Source of the DNA: Paraspadella gotoi
Lineage: Eukaryota; Animalia; Chaetognatha
Assembly: GCA_051294375.1 (NCBI GenBank)
Contig: CM119263.1
Coordinates: forward strand, 26,907,247-26,971,246
Direction: 5' to 3'
DNA length: 64,000 bases
This document shows, one piece after another, positions 57,810 through 64,000 of this stretch; within the stretch, counting starts at the first letter, position 1, and every line of letters starts with the position of its first letter. Position numbers and translations under genes: made by a program. A model generated the notes under the pieces. The model worked only from the letters and a program-made list of their open reading frames with translations, was not told where the DNA came from and ran no database searches.

Positions 57810-58370
57810 GACGTCGCAATCGTCCGCCCCAGGACATCGCACTCCGACCCCAGGACATCGCACATCCGCCCCCGCAGGACATCGCAGCTCCTTCCCCCAG
57901 GACATCGCAACTCTCCCCAGGACATCGCACTCCCCCGAGAGACACTCCTCGCGACATCCACCCCCAGGACATCGCACTCCGCCCCAGGACACTCCCCCAG
58001 GATCGGCATTTCCCCTCCAGACATCCACTCCCGCCTCAGGACATCGCAGCTGGCCCCCCAGGAACATCGGCACTCCCCCCAGGGACATCGTCACTCCCCC
58101 CGCAGGACATCGCACTTCGCCCCAAGAGCATCTGCAACTGCCCCCGTCAGGACATTGAACTCGCAGCAATCGGCACCCGAGGACAAATCGCAGCTCCCCC
58201 CAGGACATTCGCACTCCCCCCGGACACGACTCCCCCCGGACATCGCACCTGCCCCGCGCCGAGGAAATCGCCAGCTCCCGCCCGCAGGGACATCGCACTC
58301 CCCCTCAGGACATCGCACTCCTCCGCCCAGGATATTCGCATCGTCCCCAGGACAATCGCACTTCCCCCAA
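57810..58370. repeat. ~20-bp GC-rich minisatellite (caggacatcgcactcccccc), noisy copy
   Basis: Direct tandem repetition; source of the spurious 'ECDVLGG' ORFs. Confidence 0.9.
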
Positions 58371-60691
58371 GGTCCCACCCCCCTGCTAATTGCGTCACGT
58401 CGTCATTGGCGCAATGACGCAGCGTTTGGCGGCCGAATTTGCGTCACGTGATGGCGCCGGATTTAACGACGTCGGTAAAGAAGACGTTTTAAACGGATTA
58501 AGCCTTTTGCCGCCCTGCTGTTGTTGCGATTGAAGCTGCCCCTGGCGGATGCAGCTGATGCTAGAATGCAGCAGGCCTGGCTGTTTCAGGAGAGACACGA
58601 ACGATCTTGTAGACTGAAATGCGAGAAAATCTACGAAAGTGTATAAATTTTGCCCTAGACTGAAATTGGCACAATCCAAAAAAAAAAAAAAATCCCTCGC
58701 ATTCAGCTGATTCAAGGATAAATAAATTTATCTGGCCCTAGTAACTGCAGCCAGGTCTTCATCTTGGCAAGATAACAAAGTAGCGGACTGCTGCAAGGCT
58801 TTCAATCAAAGACTCACAGAGTAATTTGGGCTTTTCCTATGCAGGAGCTGGGTATGTTTCTTTTCCCTTCATTTTACTTGTGGTCTGCAGTTAGATGTAT
58901 TTCACTTGATGTTTATTTCAAACAATTTCTTTATTCAATAGTCGTTTCTCTTTGTTTTCTTTGAATTTTCATACTCTTTTTTTGCTTTTCTAATTTCTCT
59001 TTATTCTCTTTTGTTCTTTCGGTTCCATTCTCTTCTTTTCCTCCATTTCCTGCTTTCTTTGCTCCTTTCCCCTTCCTCATTTTCATTTCCATTTTGCTTG
59101 CCTTCGTTCTCGACAAATTAAATTGTATAGGGATCTCGTCTTTCTTTTTTCGACGGACGACGACAACAACAACACCAATCAAATCACCAAACAACATCAA
59201 GAAGACATCTCTCGATTTCGGGTCAAAAGAGAAGAGAAAAAAGAAGAAACGAAAGAGAAGGAAATCGTTCGGTCAAAGAACAAGAACTAAGAACAAGAAG
59301 CAGAGAACAAGAGAAAAACGGAAACAGAAGGAATCGTCGGTCGTTAAAAGTTTTAATTTAGACTCAACCTCACCATGCTTACTCACCGCTCTCTTAATCT
59401 GTCCACTTACTCTCTCCCCTTTCCCTACATCAATTGATTGCCCGGATAGCCAATACGGCGCGTCCATTGAAATGCTGTTCCATTCTAATTCCGATCAGGA
59501 CATTAATCACTTCCGCCCCGCCGCCCCCGCCCCCGTTTCTTTCTAGCCTCGAGCGTGACCAGCCAGGAGTCGCCCATGGATTCGGCCTTCTTTGTCCTCC
59601 CCTTCCTCCTCCTGCCCTCCTCACTCGCTCTCCTCCTCCTGGCCATCCCTGCATTAGGGAAAATCTAATCTCGAAAGATAAAAAGGTCTTTGCTCGTGCT
59701 TGAGATCTTTGCGGACTCGATATTTTCAGCGAATCGCCATTGAAGCTTCCATCGTGAGTATTCCCTCGCGTTTGCAGGAATCGTAAATGACCCAAACTTG
59801 TTCAGCGCCAATGACAAGTGGACAATGGGAACGAATAGACAATGTCTTTCAGACGATCGAATTCTCTCTTTGTCACATACAGTTCTCAATTATTTATCCT
59901 TTCTTTGTCTCCTCGACAAACTATGATTCGCTTAAAGAAATGTCGCCGAATTTTTTCTTTTTTAAATACAATTGTATCCAATCTATCCATGTAATAGAAT
60001 AGATTAATGAATAAAAACAAACATCTGTAGGTTTATCACGATGTCTATTTAGAAGTGAGATGATAACAATGAATCGATGAGCAAAGAAGTGCGACGAAGT
60101 TTAAAATGCCGTCTAGCAACCTTGTTTATGTTTTAAATAACGGCACTTTAATGATTAAAAAAAAGAAGAAAGCAAATCGAGCCATTAACAAAGACCCGGT
60201 AATGGTTTGTTCTCCNNNNNNNNNNNNNNNNNNNNNNNNNTCTCTCTCTCTCTCTCTCTCTCTCTTCTATAAGAGTCAGATATGGGGTGCGAGAAAGAAA
60301 GAGAAAGAGAGAGAAAGAGAAAGATACCTAGAAAGAGGTGCCGAGAAAGAGAAAGAGAAAGATACCGAGAAAGAGGTGCCGAGATGAAGCCTTGTTGTGT
60401 CACGTACGAAAGAAGTCAAAAACGCATGTATCAAATCTCTCAGGTCTTCCTTTCTCCTTTAAAGGTTTCCTCAACGGTCGACGTGACCCGCTCATTTATT
60501 TTCGATCGCAGTTATAAATTTATAATCTCTCGTATTTCGTTTAAATTGTTCTGTAGCAGAATAATTTGTGGTTCATTTTAAATGAGATTGAAGTTAACGA
60601 TACAATAAATAATGTAATTAACCGCTTTTGCTTCTTTCTCTCAGTTAATCTTATTAGATATTATTTCATAAACATTATCAGGTACAATAGC

Positions 60692-60723
<32 letters not shown>

Positions 60724-60947
60724 TTAGATGCCCCCCGTTAAAGTTCTAAGCAATTTAAGCTCTGTGAGTAGCAATAAAAATCTTTAGCATCGTCACGGAC
60801 AAAAAATATTCATCAATGTTACTAGAATTTTATTAAATTTTAGAGTAAATTTTACAATAAATTTTCAATGCTTTTTATATATTTTTTATTTGGTTAAAAC
60901 TCTTTTAAAGGTTGTTAAGTGTCATCTCATGCACCGAGTAGTGTTTG

Positions 60948-61559
60948 ATAAAGAAAAACATCGATTTGGGGAAACGTGCTAATTTATTTTAGACCATGCA
61001 TTCAAACGCTTTACTGTTCATTATTCAAGGCCAGAGAAATTGTGGCTGAGGTAAAACAACAACATCGAGAGCATTGCGATGCCCCTTTCATCTGGGAACG
61101 CTGAAATGCAATCTCTCGCAGCCTAACGAATCAAAAAGCAAAGAATGGCTGCCAAGCGACCATCTAAGAGTGGAAGAAGCTCTTTGGATTCGTCATTTGA
61201 TTGTGACGCAGGGCAAAAGGGCTCAACGGAAGACAAAGGAGGCAGTACGTTGGGAAAAAAACAGGATTTGCGGGCATGGCAAGGCCAATCCTGGGACCAT
61301 CCTACATCCCGGACGAAGAAACAAGGGGGGGAGGGGGATGAGGGATTAATCGCCTTTTTGGTTGAAAGTTTCTCTCTCTCTCTCTCCTTTCTCTCTCTCT
61401 GAGTCTCCTCCTCTTCCTCTCACCTTCTCTTATTTGTAAATAATTTTTTACCATCACCACAATTTCTCTGGCCTTGAATAATGAACCAGCTAAATGGTTT
61501 GAATGCATGGTCTAAATAAAAAATTAGCACTGTTTTCCCAAATCGATGTTTTTCTTTAT
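60948..61559. mobile_element. MITE-like element with ~105-bp TIRs, TA-bounded (cleaner copy)
   Basis: ataaagaaaaacatcgatttggggaaac...gtaaaa (60948-61056) is the inverted partner of ttttacc...cccaaatcgatgtttttctttat (~61447-61559). Confidence 0.7.
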
Positions 61560-62077
61560 TATCTTTTAAAGGTTAAAATGAAAAAATGTCGAATTTATCC
61601 AACAATTGGAATGTTTGCCAATGCGTTATCGATCGCGGCGCCATCAACCGTCGCGTAATCGTTGCTCTTTTGTCTCACATTGTTCCGCATTAATTGTCGC
61701 GCCGCCCTCTTCCGCCTACGCGATTCTACAAAGGGACTCTCTTTAAGTTCACCTCGATAATCTGGGGCCACTTCCATTCAATGGCCTCGTTTTCTTTTCT
61801 CTCTCTCTCTCTCTCACTCTTTTATTTCCTTCTTCCTTTAACGTTTCTCCTGGTCTTTTCGTTCGACCTATCTTGTTCCTTTTCTTTTCTTTGCTTCTCT
61901 TTTCTTCTATTCTCTTCTCAGGCTGTTCTCTTCTCTTTCTTTCTCTAACCGTTCTCTTCGCTTTTCTTCTCTATCCGTTCTTGTTCCTCTTTCTTTCTCT
62001 TCTCATCCATAACTCTCTCTCACTCCCGCTCTCTTCTCTTTCCTCGTTCACTAATTAATCTACTCCCTCTAACTCCG

Positions 62078-62600
62078 ACGTCGCACTCTCCCCCCAGGAC
62101 ATCGCACTCCCCCGCCAGGACATCGCACTCCCCCCCAGGACATCGCACTCCCTCCCCCAGGACATCGCACTCTCCCCAGGACATCGCAACTCCCCCAGGA
62201 CATCGCACTCCCCCCAGGACATCGCACTCCCCCAGGACATCCACTCCCCCAGCGACATCGCATTCCCCTCCAGGACATCGCACTCCCCCTCAGGACATCG
62301 CACTGCCCCCCAGGACATCGCACTCCCCCCAGGACATCGCACTCCCCCCCAGGACATCGGCACTTCCCGCCCAGAACATCGCACTCCCCCTCAGGACATT
62401 GCAACTCCCCAGTGACATCGCACTCCCCCCCAGGACATCGCAGCTCCCCCAGGACATCGCACTCCCCCCCCAGGACATCGCACTCTCCCCCGGCCAGGAC
62501 ATCGGCACTTCCCGCCCGCAGGACATCGCACGTCCCCCCAGGACATCGCACTCCCCCCCAGGATATCGCACTCTCCCCCAGGACATCGCACTTCCCCCCA
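62078..62600. repeat. ~20-bp GC-rich minisatellite (caggacatcgcactcccccc), about 25 units
   Basis: Direct tandem repetition with variable C-run length. Confidence 0.95.
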
Positions 62601-63825
62601 GCGTCCCACCCCCCTCAATTGCGTCACGTCGTCATTGGCGCAATGACGCAGCGTTTGGCGCCGAATTCGTCACGTGATGGCGCCGGATTTAACGACGTCG
62701 GTAAAAGAAGACGTTTAAACGGATTAACCTTTTGCCGCCCTGCTGTTTTGCGAATTGCTGCCCCTGGCGGATGCAGTGATCTAGAATGCAGCAGGGCACT
62801 GCTGTCAGATAGACACGAACGATCTTGTATGACTGAAATGCAGAAAATCTACAAAGTGTATAAATTTTCCCCTAGACTGAAATTGGCACAAATCAAAAAA
62901 AAAAAAAAATCCTCCATTCACTATTCAAATAAATAAATTATCTTGCCCTAGTAACTCAGCCAGGTCTTCATCTTGCAAGATAACAAAGTAGCAGGACTCT
63001 GCAAGCTTTCAATCAAGACTCACAGAGTAATTGGCTTTTCCTATCAGAGTGGTATGTTTCTTTTTCCCTCATTTACTTTGTCTGCAGTTAGATGTATTTC
63101 ACTTGATGTTTATTTCAACAATTTCTTTATTCAATATCGTTTCTCTTTGTTTTCTTGAATTTTCATCTCTTTTTTCTTTTCTAATTTCCTCTTTATTCTC
63201 TTTTTCTTTCCGGTTCCAATTCTTCCTTTCCTCCATTCCTCTTTCTTTGCTCCTTTNNNNNNNNNNNNNNNNNNNNNNNNNNNNNNNNNNNNNNNNNNNN
63301 NNNNNNNNNNNNNNNNNNNNNNNNNNNNNNNNNNNNNNNNNNNNNNNNNNNNNNNNNNNNNNNNNNNNNNNNNNNNNNNNNNNNNNNNNNNNNNNNNNNN
63401 NNNNNNNNNNNNNNNNNNNNNNNNNNNNNNNNNNNNNNNNNNNNNNNCACCAACAACATCAAGAAGACATCTCTCGATTTCGGGGTCAAAAGAGAGAAAA
63501 AAGAAGAAACGAAAGAGAAGGAATCGTCGGTCAAGAACAAGAACAAGAACAAGAACAAGAACAAAGAACAAACGAAACAGAAGGAATCGTCGGTCGTTAA
63601 AGTTTTATTTAGACTCACCTCACCATCTACTCACCCTCTCTTAATCCTCCACTTACTCTCTCCCCTTTCCCTACATCAATTGATGCCCGATACCAAAACC
63701 GCCGTCCATTGAAATGAAAAAAAGAGAGAGATAGCGCATCATACAGTTAAATTAAATTTTTTAAATAATTGCGAAAACAAAAAAAACAAGCCTAGATTTA
63801 TTAGTAGGAGCAGAGAGAGAGAGAG

Positions 63826-63905
<80 letters not shown>

Positions 63906-64000
63906 GGGGCGGAAAGAGCAAAAGTTTGCTTTATTCTCTCTATTCACTGAAGCACACACCCCCACTCAAAAAAACGGTTGGCAAAAAAAAATGGGGCGCA

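Noticed and set aside
62078-62600. CRISPR-like array or repetitive Cys/Gly-rich ORFs
   Set aside because: Units are contiguous with no unique spacers, the context is eukaryotic, and ORFs are open in several frames as expected for a minisatellite. The same applies to 57810-58370.

Overview
Eukaryotic, probably animal, genomic DNA with GC-rich spliced exons, AT-rich GT-AG introns, many (AG)n microsatellites and N gaps. The first ~29 kb is clean and gene-dense. It holds two tandem LRRC8/VRAC-like channel genes, a biliverdin reductase A-like gene, a CD225/dispanin (IFITM-family) gene, two tandem BPI/LBP-family genes and the 3' end of a helical-repeat gene. The most unusual feature is a 1343-codon ORF encoding a Toll-like LRR ectodomain, a TM helix, a degenerate kinase and a KEN ribonuclease (IRE1/RNase L type) with intact-looking catalytic residues. 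That gene is bracketed by an 89-bp direct repeat and shifts from AT-rich to GC-rich along its length. One BPI intron is a ~440-nt nested, pseudoknot-capable foldback. From ~29 kb onward the sequence is gappy and indel-ridden. It contains a fragmented ABCB1-like transporter, noisy/clean duplicate blocks (probably haplotypes or gap-fill artefacts), TIR elements and minisatellites. All homology calls come from motif recognition by eye; no searches were run.
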